From an uncultured delta proteobacterium (lineage in GTDB: Bacteria > Myxococcota_A > Polyangia > Fen-1088), in NCBI GenBank assembly GCA_963737265.1, contig CAVTRY010000013.1, forward strand, positions 384,001-448,000: a DNA stretch of 64,000 bases. Direction: 5' to 3'. This document shows, in pieces, positions 51,473 through 61,492 of this stretch. The notes under the pieces are model-generated. The model had not been told where the DNA came from and made no database searches. It saw only the letters and a program-made list of their open reading frames with translations. The first letter of the stretch is position 1. The number at the start of each line of letters is the position of its first letter. Made by a program: the position numbers and the translations under genes.

Positions 51473-51684
51473 CGTTCACCTGCTAACACGAACCAGCTAC
51501 CACGTCCCATGTTTCGCAACTGTTTCCTGGCCGATAATCTTCGGTACAAATCGGGGACTTCGTTGGTCGCATTGCCTTTTCGAAACTGCGCACTGCAAAC
51601 TCCAGACCGCCGCTACACCGACGCGAAATTACCCACATGAAACCTGCCCGACATAGAAAACCGGATACGTTTCATCCTGTATTT

Positions 51685-51740
51685 CAACCCCTGTGTTGCA
51701 ACCCCTGTGTTGCAACCCCTGTATTGCAACCCCTGTATTG
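51685..51740. repeat. 14-bp tandem repeat CAACCCCTGT(G/A)TTG x4
   Basis: Four contiguous copies ending 18 bp before the narK-like ATG. Confidence 0.9.
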
Positions 51741-51758
51741 CGCCCAAGGAGAAGATCG

Positions 51759-52991
51759 ATGAACCTCGCTTCGTTTCGAAAAACGGGGAACTGGAAAAGC
51801 CTCCTGTCGGGCTTTCTCTACTTCGACGTGAGCTTTATGATCTGGGTGTTGTGCGGCGCGGTCGCCTTGTACATCTCCGCCGATTTCAAGTTGAACGACT
51901 CGCAGAAGGCGCTGATGGTTTCGATACCGACCTTGGGCGGCGCCCTGCTTCGCATCCCGATGGGAATCCTGGCCGACCACATCGGTTGCCGAAAGACGGG
52001 TCTGCTCGGCATGGCAATCACCTTCGTGCCGCTTTTGTGGGCATGCTTCGCCGGCACCAGCTTCCACCAGGCGCTGGGCTTCGGGCTTCTTCTCGGCATC
52101 GCGGGAGCGAGCTTCGGCGTCGCCTTGCCGCTGGCCAGCCGCTGGTACCCGCCCAAGTACCAGGGCGTTGCCATGGGCATTGCCGGCGCGGGAAACAGCG
52201 GCACGGCGTTGTCGACCTTCTTCGCCCCGCATATCGCCGAGCGCTTTGGTTGGCACGCCGTCTTCGGCGTCGCGATGGTTCCCCTGGCGCTGGTGTTCGT
52301 CGCCTACTTTGTCATGGCCAAGGATGCGCCCAATCGCCCGCCGGCCAAGAAGGTCTCCGAATACCTCGCCATTTTCAGTCAGATCGACATCGCCTGGTTT
52401 TCGCTTCTCTACGCCATCACGTTTGGCGGATTCGTGGGCCTGTCGACCTACCTCGGCATCGTGTTCAACGACATCTATGGCGTCAAGGCCGTGGCGGGCG
52501 GACTCACCAAGGTCCAGGTTGGCTATTTGGTGACGGCGACCGTTATTGCCGGGAGCTTCTTCCGCCCTGTTGGCGGCTGGATCGCCGACAAAATCGGCGG
52601 CATGCGTTTGCTCACCGGCCTTTACGCCACCGTTGCCGCGTGCGCCTTCTTAGTGTCGACGATGCCGCGTTCGTTCCTGCTCATGTTGGCCATCGCCGGC
52701 GTGATGATGGCTTGCCTCGGCATGGGCAACGGCGCTGTCTTTCAGCTGGTGCCCCAGCGCTTCACGAAGGAAATCGGCGTTGCCACGGGTATCATCGGCG
52801 CGGCCGGAGGGTTTGGCGGGTTCGCGCTTACCAACTTCGTGCTCGGTCCGCTCAAACACAGCACAGGCACCCATGTCGCCGGTTTCTTAACGGTCGCGTT
52901 CCTGGTGCTTTCGGTGCTGGGAGTCTTCACGGTCGTCAGCGTCCGCTGGCGCCGCGGCTGGGCCGCACAGACCGAGGCGGTCAGATTCTAG
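51759..52991 (+). CDS. narK: NarK/NasA-family nitrate/nitrite MFS transporter
   Basis: GIAGASF, GIAGAGNSG, TFGGFVG, RPVGGWIAD, GMGNGAVFQLVP. Confidence 0.93.
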   Translation: MNLASFRKTGNWKSLLSGFLYFDVSFMIWVLCGAVALYISADFKLNDSQKALMVSIPTLGGALLRIPMGILADHIGCRKTGLLGMAITFVPLLWACFAGTSFHQALGFGLLLGIAGASFGVALPLASRWYPPKYQGVAMGIAGAGNSGTALSTFFAPHIAERFGWHAVFGVAMVPLALVFVAYFVMAKDAPNRPPAKKVSEYLAIFSQIDIAWFSLLYAITFGGFVGLSTYLGIVFNDIYGVKAVAGGLTKVQVGYLVTATVIAGSFFRPVGGWIADKIGGMRLLTGLYATVAACAFLVSTMPRSFLLMLAIAGVMMACLGMGNGAVFQLVPQRFTKEIGVATGIIGAAGGFGGFALTNFVLGPLKHSTGTHVAGFLTVAFLVLSVLGVFTVVSVRWRRGWAAQTEAVRF

Positions 52992-52998
52992 AAGACGC

Positions 52999-55900
52999 AT
53001 GCGCATAGCCACCACGACCCAAACACACTCTACAACCTGCTGTTACTGTGGCGTCGGCTGCGGCGTGCTCATTCGCAAGGATCGGTCCGGATCCATCGTC
53101 CTCGAAGGCGATCCGGACCATCCCGTCAATCGCGGCAAGCTGTGCGCCAAGGGGCTCAATCTGCACCACACGGTCGCGGACAGATCCGATCGTCTGTTGC
53201 ATCCCGAGATGCGCGATGCGCGCCACGGGCCCCTTCGGCAGGTCGGCTGGGACGAAGCGCTGAATCGCATGGCCGCGGCATTTCGTTCGACCATGCAAAA
53301 ACATGGATCCGATTCGGTTGCGCTGTACGTGTCGGGGCAGTGCCTGACCGAGGAGTATTACTTAGCCAACAAGATCGCGAAAGGATTCCTCGGGACTAAC
53401 AACATCGACACCAATTCCCGCCTATGCATGAGTTCGGCGGTGGCCGGCTATCGCCTGGCGCTGGGCGAGGACAGCGTGCCGTGTTCCTATGAAGACTTGG
53501 ATCTGGCCGATCTGTATTTTGTCGCGGGCGCGAACCCGGCTTGGTGCCATCCGATTATTTTCCGACGCATGGAAGAACGTCTGCGGCGCGAATCCAAGAG
53601 CGCGCGCATGATCGTCGTCGATCCGCGCCGTACCCAGAGCGCGGCCATGGCCGACCTGCACCTGCAAATTCAGCCTGGCACCGATATCACGCTTTTTCAC
53701 GCCATTGCACGCCGGCTGGTCGAGCGAGGTTGCGTGGACCACGATTTCGTGCGCGACCACACCGAAGGCTTCGACGAGCTATGCACCCGCGTCTTCGCAC
53801 GGACGCTATGCGACGCCGCGGCGATTTGTCGGATAGAAAGCGCTGCCATCGAAACCGCGGCCGAGTGGATTGGCGAGTCGCGGGGTTTCGTCTCGATGTG
53901 GGCGATGGGGCTCAACCAGAGCATGGTGGGTGTGAACAAGAATCTCGCTCTCATCAACTTGCACCTGGTGACGGGAAAGATCGGCAAGCGCGGCCACGGC
54001 CCTCTCAGCCTGACCGGCCAACCCAACGCCATGGGCGGCCGGGAGGTCGGCGGATTGGCCAACCTGATGAGCGCCCATCGCGACATGAAGAACCCCGCCC
54101 ATCGCGAAGAAATCGCCAGGTTTTGGGGCGTGCCAAGCGTTCCAGAAAGTCCGGGGCTTTCGGCGGGCGAGATGATGGATGCTCTGCTCGATGGCAGGCT
54201 GAAGGCCATTTGGATCATCTGCACCAACCCGCTCGTGAGTTGGCCCGACCTCCGCCGAGCGCAGCGTGCGCTCGAAACGGCAGAATTCGTGGCGGTGCAG
54301 GACATCTCGAATCGCTCCGATACCCTACGCTTCGCCGACGTGGTGTTGCCGGCCGCTGGTTGGCTGGAAAAGGAAGGGACCATGACCAACTCCGAGCGGC
54401 GGATTTCCTATCTGTCGCGGGTCATGGCACCGCCCGGAGAGGCCCTTCCCGACGCAGAGATTCTCCTTCGCTTTGCCCACAAAATGGGCTGGCGCGAACG
54501 ATTCGACTACGCCAGCATGGCCGACGTCTATCGCGAACACGCAGCCCTTACGCAAGGCACGTCCATCGACATCAGCGGACTCGATTACCAACGGTTGAAG
54601 ACTGGCGGCTCCGTGCAGTGGCCGGTTCCGCACGCCGATCATCCGGGCACGCCCCGGCTCTTTACCGACAGCCGCTTTTACCGCCCGAGCCAGCGCGCCA
54701 AGATCCACGGCGTGTCGGATGCCAACACCTCCGAGTCGCCGAGTCGAAATTTTCCTCTCATCCTTACCACCGGCCGAATCCGCGATCAGTGGCACACCAT
54801 GACCCGGTCGGGAAAGGTCGCCAAACTGCGCAGTCACGATCCCCAGGCTCGCCTCGATATCCACCCTCAAGACGCCAGCGCGCGTGACATTGGCGAAGGG
54901 AATCTCGTGGTCGCGCGCAGCGCGCGCGGCGAGGTGCGGGTGCGCGCGCGGCTGACCAACGATGTGAAGATGGGTGTGGTGTTCCTGCCCATGCACTGGG
55001 GCCGCATTCTCGATTGCGACGACGTGCGCGCCAACAACCTCACCGAAGCACGGTGGGATCCCATCTCGAAAGAACCCGATCTGAAGTTCACTGCCGTCGA
55101 GGTCCAGCGGCTGTGCCCTCCTCGGCGAAAGATTCTGGTGGTCGGCGCAGGCGCCGCAGCGTTGGCCTTCGTGCGCGCCTACCGGCGCGACAATCGGACC
55201 GACACGATGGTGGTCTTCAGCAAGGAAGAGCTTCCCTTCTACGATCGGGTGCGCCTGCCCGAGATCGTCGAAAGCAACGCCGACTGGCAATCGCTGGCCG
55301 TGCTCGGCGGGGAAGAAGCCGCGTCCCTTGACGTGCGAGTTTTGGGCAAACGCACCATCGTCGAGGTGGACCGTGCGCACAAGCGCGTTCTCGACTCCGT
55401 CGGCGACTGGCATGACTACGACACGCTCGTGCTCGCCACGGGAAGCCGCGCGGCGTGGCCCAAGGACACGCCCAAGCATCAGCGCGGTTTACACGCTTTG
55501 CGAAGCTACGCCGATGCCCAGGAAATTCTTCGCTCGGCGGAAACCGGGCGGATGGTGGTGATCGTCGGTGGTGGACTGGTCGGAATCGAGCTGGGCGCCG
55601 TGTTGCGCGCAAAAGGACTGCCGGTTCATATCATCCAGCGTTCGGCGCAGCTCATGAACAAACAGCTGGACGAAGTCGCGGCCGATATTTTGCGCGACGA
55701 CATGCTCAACCGAGACATCCGTATTCACTTTCTCGACCAAGTGGTGATGTGGAAGGGCGACGAATGGATCGACGAGGTGTCGCTGGCGTCGGGCGAAATC
55801 CTGCGCGACGTGACCCTGATTTACGCCATGGGCACGGTCCCCAACGTCGAGTTGGCGGGCGCGTGCGGCTTGCTGGTCAACCGCGGCGTCGTGGTCGACC

Positions 55901-56532
55901 ACGGCATGCGTTCGAGCGATTCGGACATTCTCGCGCTAGGGGAAGTCGCCGAATTCGAGGGAGAGCTACACGGAACCAGCGCCGCAGCCGAGGAACAGGC
56001 ACGGGCAGCCGCCGCTTTTCTAGCCGGCGATGTCCAGGCCGGGTACACCGGATCGATGGCGCAGAATCTTCTCAAAGTGTCTGGCCTGCCGGTGGTGAGC
56101 CTCGGCGTTGCAAAACCGCCCGCGGACGATCTCGGTTACGAAGAGATCGTTTTCCTGGACCGCACGGCACGCGTCTACAAGAAATGCGTGATTCGCAATG
56201 ATCGGTTGGTCGGCGCCCTGCTCGTCGGCGACAACAGCGATTTCGTCGTGCTGCGGGATCTCATTCGCAGTGGGGAAGAGCTCGGAGCCCGCCGGCAAAC
56301 GCTGCTGCGTGGATCTTCGGGACGGTCGCCGCACGCCGGCGGCAAGGTCGTCTGTAGCTGCACTTCGGTCGACGAGGGCACGATTGGCCGTGCCTGCGAC
56401 AGCGGGGCGCAGACGCTTCAAAAACTCATGGACGCCACCAGCGCCGGTACGGGATGTGGCAGTTGCCGACCCGAGCTTGTTTCCATTCTCAACTTGCGCA
56501 CCGGCACGCAAGTCCCGGAGCAGGCTTCGTGA
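52999..56532 (+). CDS. Assimilatory nitrate reductase catalytic subunit fused to FAD/NAD(P)H oxidoreductase and BFD [2Fe-2S] domains
   Basis: CCYCGVGCG, NNIDTNSRLCM, GQPNAMGGRE, TTGRIRDQWHTMTR; then VGAGAA, GGGLVGIE, VCSC...GTGCGSC. Confidence 0.92.
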   Translation: MRIATTTQTHSTTCCYCGVGCGVLIRKDRSGSIVLEGDPDHPVNRGKLCAKGLNLHHTVADRSDRLLHPEMRDARHGPLRQVGWDEALNRMAAAFRSTMQKHGSDSVALYVSGQCLTEEYYLANKIAKGFLGTNNIDTNSRLCMSSAVAGYRLALGEDSVPCSYEDLDLADLYFVAGANPAWCHPIIFRRMEERLRRESKSARMIVVDPRRTQSAAMADLHLQIQPGTDITLFHAIARRLVERGCVDHDFVRDHTEGFDELCTRVFARTLCDAAAICRIESAAIETAAEWIGESRGFVSMWAMGLNQSMVGVNKNLALINLHLVTGKIGKRGHGPLSLTGQPNAMGGREVGGLANLMSAHRDMKNPAHREEIARFWGVPSVPESPGLSAGEMMDALLDGRLKAIWIICTNPLVSWPDLRRAQRALETAEFVAVQDISNRSDTLRFADVVLPAAGWLEKEGTMTNSERRISYLSRVMAPPGEALPDAEILLRFAHKMGWRERFDYASMADVYREHAALTQGTSIDISGLDYQRLKTGGSVQWPVPHADHPGTPRLFTDSRFYRPSQRAKIHGVSDANTSESPSRNFPLILTTGRIRDQWHTMTRSGKVAKLRSHDPQARLDIHPQDASARDIGEGNLVVARSARGEVRVRARLTNDVKMGVVFLPMHWGRILDCDDVRANNLTEARWDPISKEPDLKFTAVEVQRLCPPRRKILVVGAGAAALAFVRAYRRDNRTDTMVVFSKEELPFYDRVRLPEIVESNADWQSLAVLGGEEAASLDVRVLGKRTIVEVDRAHKRVLDSVGDWHDYDTLVLATGSRAAWPKDTPKHQRGLHALRSYADAQEILRSAETGRMVVIVGGGLVGIELGAVLRAKGLPVHIIQRSAQLMNKQLDEVAADILRDDMLNRDIRIHFLDQVVMWKGDEWIDEVSLASGEILRDVTLIYAMGTVPNVELAGACGLLVNRGVVVDHGMRSSDSDILALGEVAEFEGELHGTSAAAEEQARAAAAFLAGDVQAGYTGSMAQNLLKVSGLPVVSLGVAKPPADDLGYEEIVFLDRTARVYKKCVIRNDRLVGALLVGDNSDFVVLRDLIRSGEELGARRQTLLRGSSGRSPHAGGKVVCSCTSVDEGTIGRACDSGAQTLQKLMDATSAGTGCGSCRPELVSILNLRTGTQVPEQAS

Positions 56533-57578
56533 TTTCGCTCGAACCGCAGCAAGCGCCCGTGCCAGAGGCGCGACCCGCCATTCTTGACACCCGCGACCGG
56601 CCGCTGCGCGACATCCGAATCTCCCTGACCGACCGTTGCAATCTTCGCTGCACCTACTGCATGCCCAAGGAAAAATTCGGCCCGGATCGCAAGTTTCTAC
56701 TGGCGGACGACCTACTGACCTTCGAGGAAATCGCGGTCCTAGTGCAAAATCTGGCCGAGCTCGGCGTGCGCAAGGTCAAGCTGACCGGCGGCGAGCCGCT
56801 CACTCGCCCCTCTCTCGCGCGCCTCGTTCGCATGCTGCGCGAGGCGACGCCCGAGGTCGAAGTCAACCTCATCACCAACGGCATTCTGCTGGCGGACGAA
56901 GCCGCGCGGCTCAAGGGCGCTGGCCTGGATCGCATCACGGTCAGCCTCGATACTCTCGATCCTGAGCGATTCGCCGTCATCAGCGACCGTGGTCGTCAGC
57001 TTGACAAAGTCTTGGCTGGTATCGACGCCGCCCAGCAGGCAGGCTTTCGCCCGCTGAAGATCAACATGGTGGTCATCCGCGGCGTTAACGACGATGAGGT
57101 CGAAGCGATGGCCGCGCGTTTTCACCACCCCGATACGATGGTCCGCTTCATCGAATACATGGACGTGGGTACGCTCAACGGCTGGCGGCGGACCGATGTG
57201 GTGCCCGCGGCAGAAATCCTGGCGCGCTTGCGAAAGCGTGCGGATCTCGCGCCGGTCGATGCCGCGTACCGAGGAGAAACCGCGAAGCGCTACCGCTACA
57301 CGGATGGCTCGGGCGAGATCGGATTCATCGCCAGCGTATCGCAGCCTTTCTGTGGCGATTGCAGCAGACTGCGGCTGTCGGCCGACGGAAAGCTCTTCAC
57401 GTGTTTGTTTTCCAAGCAGGGCTTCGATATCAAGGATGTCCTGCGTGCAAATGATGGTACTTACCGCGTGCGCGACGCTCTCATCGATCTGTGGCAAGGT
57501 CGACGCGACCAATATTCGGTCGAACGCACGAACGTACCGGCGCGTGAAAAGATCGAAATGTTCTATATTGGAGGTTGA
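56529..57578 (+). CDS. moaA: GTP 3',8-cyclase
   Basis: SLTDRCNLRCTYCMP, FCGDCSRLR, C-terminal IGG. Confidence 0.95.
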   Translation: MISLEPQQAPVPEARPAILDTRDRPLRDIRISLTDRCNLRCTYCMPKEKFGPDRKFLLADDLLTFEEIAVLVQNLAELGVRKVKLTGGEPLTRPSLARLVRMLREATPEVEVNLITNGILLADEAARLKGAGLDRITVSLDTLDPERFAVISDRGRQLDKVLAGIDAAQQAGFRPLKINMVVIRGVNDDEVEAMAARFHHPDTMVRFIEYMDVGTLNGWRRTDVVPAAEILARLRKRADLAPVDAAYRGETAKRYRYTDGSGEIGFIASVSQPFCGDCSRLRLSADGKLFTCLFSKQGFDIKDVLRANDGTYRVRDALIDLWQGRRDQYSVERTNVPAREKIEMFYIGG

Positions 57579-57579
57579 T

Positions 57580-58086
57580 TTGGCAGACGGAATATCCGCT
57601 CTTAGTCACGTCGACCCGTCCGGCAAGGAGCGCATGGTCGACGTCTCGGACAAGGCCGCCACGCCGAGGACCGCGGTCGCTCGCGCCGAGATCTGGTTTC
57701 CGCCCGATGCCGCGGCAAAGCTGGGACTCGACGGCACCGCGACCGTGGACGACGTGCAAGGGCCGAAGGGATCCGTGTTCCACACTGCCCGTATCGCGGG
57801 CGTGATGGCCGCCAAGCGCACCCACGAGCTCATTCCGCTGTGCCATCCCTTGCCGCTCGACCATGTGACCGTCGATGTGCGCGCGGCCGGCCCGGGCGTG
57901 GTCGAAATCATCGCGAGCTGTCGTGCCGACCACCGCACCGGCGTCGAGATGGAAGCCCTCACCGCCGCTAGCGTGGCGGCGCTTACCGTCTACGACATGT
58001 GCAAGGCCCTGTCGCACGCCATCGAGATCCGCTCCGTGGTCCTTCTGGCCAAGTCCGGCGGTCGGAGCGACTATGCACGACCGTGA
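57580..58086 (+). CDS. moaC: Cyclic pyranopterin monophosphate synthase
   Basis: MVDVSDK, LIPLCHPL, TGVEMEALT, YDMCKA. Confidence 0.95.
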   Translation: MADGISALSHVDPSGKERMVDVSDKAATPRTAVARAEIWFPPDAAAKLGLDGTATVDDVQGPKGSVFHTARIAGVMAAKRTHELIPLCHPLPLDHVTVDVRAAGPGVVEIIASCRADHRTGVEMEALTAASVAALTVYDMCKALSHAIEIRSVVLLAKSGGRSDYARP

Positions 58087-59248
58087 CGGTCATAGTGAAG
58101 GTCGCCAACGTCGCGGATGGCGATTTAACCCCTTCGAGATCGCGGTGTGCGGCTACAAGAACAGCGGCAAGACCACGCTGCTGGAAGGCGTGGCCAGAAT
58201 TCTTTCGCGCGATTTGCGTCTCGCCTATCTCAAGCACGACGCTCATCATTTCGACATGGATCGTCCGGGCAAGGACACCGATCGCATGCGCGGTGCGGGC
58301 GTGGAAAGCGTGGTCATCGCCGGCAGCTCTGGTTTCGGGCATCTGGTCGACCACTGCGATGCCGAGCAACTTTCGCCCTATGCGCTGCTCGTGGCCGATG
58401 CGGTCTTGGTCGAAGGATTCAAAGCCAGCGGTCTTCCCCGCGTCATGCTTCTCGATGAAGACCTGGCCATCCTCGACGATGCGGCCTGGACCGAGTCGCC
58501 GCCGGTGGCGGTCGCCCATCCGTGGCGTCCTGGCAGCATCAATGAGCTTCGAGCGCGCACGTCCACACAAACCAGCTTCGGCGACCTTCCCTGGTTCGAC
58601 CGCAACGACGTTGCCGCCATCGCAGCATTCATTCGCCAATTCTGGTCGACCCTGAGCGCGTCGCCGCGCGGTCTGCTGCTGACGGGCGGCCATTCCACGC
58701 GCATGGGTCAGGACAAGGCGTTGGTCGACTATCATGGCTGCACGCAGATCGAGTACGGCGTCCGCCTGCTGGCGCGTTTCTGTTCGGAGGCGTGGGTGTC
58801 TTGCCGCGCGGACCAGGGGGCCGACGCGACCCGAACCGCCCATCCAGTCCTGTTCGACCGATTTCTCGACATGGGTCCGACGGGCGGCATCCTCACCGCT
58901 TTGGCACGTGGCCTGTGTGAAGGACAAGCATGGTTGGTGTTGGCCTGCGATCTGCCGCGCGTGAATGCGGATGTACTCGGTCGGCTTTTGGCCGCCCGCA
59001 ACCCGTTTCGCTTCGCCACCGCCTTTCGCGGCACGGACGGATTCCCTGAACCCCTGTGCGCCATCTGGGAGCCCAAGGCCTATCCGCGCCTGCTGCAATT
59101 TCTCGGCGTGGGACACGAGTGCCCGCGCAAATGCCTGATCAATTCGCCCGTCAGCCTCGTCGACGCAGCCACGTCAAACGCCCTCGACAACGGCAACGAC
59201 CCGCGCGATTTTCGCAGGATTCGCGATGATCTCCACGCTCGAAGCTGA
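58073..59248 (+). CDS. MobB-MobA fusion (Mo-bis-MGD synthesis)
   Basis: GYKNSGKTT, KHDAH, D.PGKD, LVEGFK; then LLTGGHSTRMGQDKA, LACDLP, EPLCAIW. Confidence 0.88.
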   Translation: MHDRDGHSEGRQRRGWRFNPFEIAVCGYKNSGKTTLLEGVARILSRDLRLAYLKHDAHHFDMDRPGKDTDRMRGAGVESVVIAGSSGFGHLVDHCDAEQLSPYALLVADAVLVEGFKASGLPRVMLLDEDLAILDDAAWTESPPVAVAHPWRPGSINELRARTSTQTSFGDLPWFDRNDVAAIAAFIRQFWSTLSASPRGLLLTGGHSTRMGQDKALVDYHGCTQIEYGVRLLARFCSEAWVSCRADQGADATRTAHPVLFDRFLDMGPTGGILTALARGLCEGQAWLVLACDLPRVNADVLGRLLAARNPFRFATAFRGTDGFPEPLCAIWEPKAYPRLLQFLGVGHECPRKCLINSPVSLVDAATSNALDNGNDPRDFRRIRDDLHARS

Positions 59249-60479
59249 TCGGCTGATCGACCAAACCTTCGCCGCGCATGCGCGCTCGGGCGCTTGCGCG
59301 GAAACGCCGGTCGCCTTGTCGATCGGCCGCATCCTCGGCAAGGACATCGTCGCCGACCGCGATCATCCACCGTTCAACCGCGTCGCCATGGATGGCATCG
59401 CCGTCGTACTCGACGACAACAGCGCTGACCATGGCGAAAGACAAAACTTCCACCTCAACGGCCGTCTGCCTCCGGGCGTGGCCGAGCCCGAAGGCCGCGC
59501 CCGCTCCGAATCCGGCAACGCCATCGAGGTCATGACCGGGGCAGCGCTACCGCATCCCTGGAACGCGGTCATTCCGTGGGAGGATCTAGACGTTGGCGCC
59601 GACGACAAACACCGCTCGTTGCGAGCCGGCGCCCGACTCTCGCGCGGTATGAACGTCCACTCCCGCGCCAGCGACTATCGCCAAGGCGATTTGCTGGTGG
59701 CCGCGGGAACCCGAATCGCGGCACCTCACGTTCACATCCTCGCCAGCGTTGGATGCGGCCGAGTTCCCGTGCTTGCCCTTCCCCGCATTACGCTCGTCGC
59801 CACCGGCGACGAACTGGTCGCCGTGGACGCGATGCCGCTGCCGCACCAGATCCGCATGTCGAACATGGTGGCGCTGGAGGCGTGCCTACACGGAACGGGA
59901 TTGGCAGCCGCCCGGGTGATGCACTTGCCGGATCGTGCGGAGCCGTTGCGCGCAGGTCTGGCCGACGCGCTGGCCACGAGCGATATTGTGCTGGTCAGCG
60001 GCGGCGTCTCGAAGGGAAGCAAGGACTTCGTACCGGCGTTGCTTCAGTCCTTGGGTTGCGACCGCGTCTTTCACGGGGTCGCTCACAAGCCGGGCAAGCC
60101 GATATGGTTCGGCACCTGGCCTGAAGGGGTCATCGTCTTCGGGTTGCCGGGAAATCCGGTGTCGTCCCTCGTCTGCTTTGTGCGCTACGTGTTGCCGCGA
60201 CTACGCCGTTGGGGCGAGACACGCGGAGCCGACGACGCTCTTTCCGGCAGCCTAACACTGCCGCTGGCCGAACACGCCGACGTGCGACCCCAATGGACAT
60301 TGTTCTTGCCCGGCCTCGTCGAGACCCGCTCCGATGGAACTGCGGCGGTGGCAATCCGCAAAAGCCAAGGCTCTGGAAATTTCGCGGGGCTGCTTCCATC
60401 CGACGGCATCGCCGAGCTTCCCCCTGGAAACACCGCCATGCATGCAGGAGCGCCGGTACGCTTTTTTCCTTGGCCGTAG
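59226..60479 (+). CDS. moeA: Molybdopterin molybdenumtransferase
   Basis: PPFNRVAMDG, TGDEL, SGGVSKG, KPGKP, GLPGNP. Confidence 0.93.
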   Translation: MISTLEADRLIDQTFAAHARSGACAETPVALSIGRILGKDIVADRDHPPFNRVAMDGIAVVLDDNSADHGERQNFHLNGRLPPGVAEPEGRARSESGNAIEVMTGAALPHPWNAVIPWEDLDVGADDKHRSLRAGARLSRGMNVHSRASDYRQGDLLVAAGTRIAAPHVHILASVGCGRVPVLALPRITLVATGDELVAVDAMPLPHQIRMSNMVALEACLHGTGLAAARVMHLPDRAEPLRAGLADALATSDIVLVSGGVSKGSKDFVPALLQSLGCDRVFHGVAHKPGKPIWFGTWPEGVIVFGLPGNPVSSLVCFVRYVLPRLRRWGETRGADDALSGSLTLPLAEHADVRPQWTLFLPGLVETRSDGTAAVAIRKSQGSGNFAGLLPSDGIAELPPGNTAMHAGAPVRFFPWP

Positions 60480-60491
60480 CGACAAGACACC

Positions 60492-60731
60492 ATGCAAATT
60501 CGTATCAGCTACTACGCAATCTTGCGCGAACAGCGCGGACTCGATGGGGAAACCGTGCGGACTGAAACCTCGGATTTGCGGCAACTTTTCCGTGATCTAG
60601 AACGTGCCTGGGCATTTTCACTCACGGAAAAACATGTTCGCCCAGCCGTGAACGACGAGTTCTGCGACTGGAGCCGTCCCCTGGTGGACGGCGACCACGT
60701 GGTATTCATTCCCCCTGTGGCTGGCGGGTAA
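60492..60731 (+). CDS. moaD: Molybdopterin synthase sulfur carrier
   Basis: AVNDEF, FIPPVAGG. Confidence 0.93.
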   Translation: MQIRISYYAILREQRGLDGETVRTETSDLRQLFRDLERAWAFSLTEKHVRPAVNDEFCDWSRPLVDGDHVVFIPPVAGG

Positions 60732-60737
60732 CCAGCC

Positions 60738-61160
60738 ATGTCCTCCCCCCTGTTTGCGTTGTCCAATCAGAGGCTGGATGACGGGCCTCCGTTCGCGATC
60801 GCCAGGCACGTGGGCGCTATCGTGGGCTTTGTAGGTATCGTGCGCGACAACAACGAAGGCAAGTCGGTCGCGCGACTCGAATACTCGGCCTATCAAGCGC
60901 TTGCCGAACGCGAGGGTACGCGCATCGTCCGCGAAGCGATTGAACGGTTCGATTTGATCGCCGCAGCTTGCCGCCATCGCGTCGGCGCGCTGGAGCTTGG
61001 CGAGGTTGCCGTGCGAGTGTGGGCCGCGGCTGCCCATCGGGGCGCGGCCTTTTCTGCCTGCGAATTCATCATCGATGAGATCAAGGAACGCGTTCCTATC
61101 TGGAAACGGGAAACCTATCGCGATGGCGAGCAGGAATGGGTGAGCTGCCACCATCCCTGA
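60738..61160 (+). CDS. moaE: Molybdopterin synthase catalytic subunit
   Basis: FVGIVRD, LEYSAY, HRVG, IDEIKERVPIWKRE. Confidence 0.94.
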   Translation: MSSPLFALSNQRLDDGPPFAIARHVGAIVGFVGIVRDNNEGKSVARLEYSAYQALAEREGTRIVREAIERFDLIAAACRHRVGALELGEVAVRVWAAAAHRGAAFSACEFIIDEIKERVPIWKRETYRDGEQEWVSCHHP

Positions 61161-61161
61161 G

Positions 61162-61377
61162 CGAAGAGAGCGGCTTCCCGACACGACCAACCGCAATGCC
61201 GCCAACACCACGAGCAAGCTTTTCGACAAGTCGGACTTCGCCGACGGGAACTTGTTCGTCGATGCCACCCAATCCATCCGCTTCGGCTTGGAATACGCCT
61301 GGTTCCGCCAGACCTACTTCGACGGCACGAAGGGAACCAACAACCGCGTGCAGTTCTCAGGCTTCTACATTTTCTAG
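61162..61377 (+). pseudogene. Orphan C-terminal fragment of an outer-membrane beta-barrel
   Basis: ...FADGNLFVDATQSIRFGLEYAWFRQTYFDGTKGTNNRVQFSGFYIF*; terminal aromatic signature, no start. Confidence 0.55.
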
Positions 61378-61492
61378 CTTTCTGCATGCTTGATTCGCCA
61401 CCACCAGGATGAGCAGACCTAGAGCAAATCTTCGCCGGGGGCGCGCCGGGGGCGCGCCGGGCGCGCGCCTCGCTGCGAAACGTGTCTCCGGG

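Noticed and set aside
51685-51740. 14-bp repeat as a mini-CRISPR
   Set aside because: Units are contiguous with no spacers, too short, and no cas genes are present.
61433-61470. GC-only short tandem/palindromic run between convergent genes (also 2-copy repeats near 43290 and 63340)
   Set aside because: Could be a hairpin but lacks a U-tract; likely simple slippage duplications.
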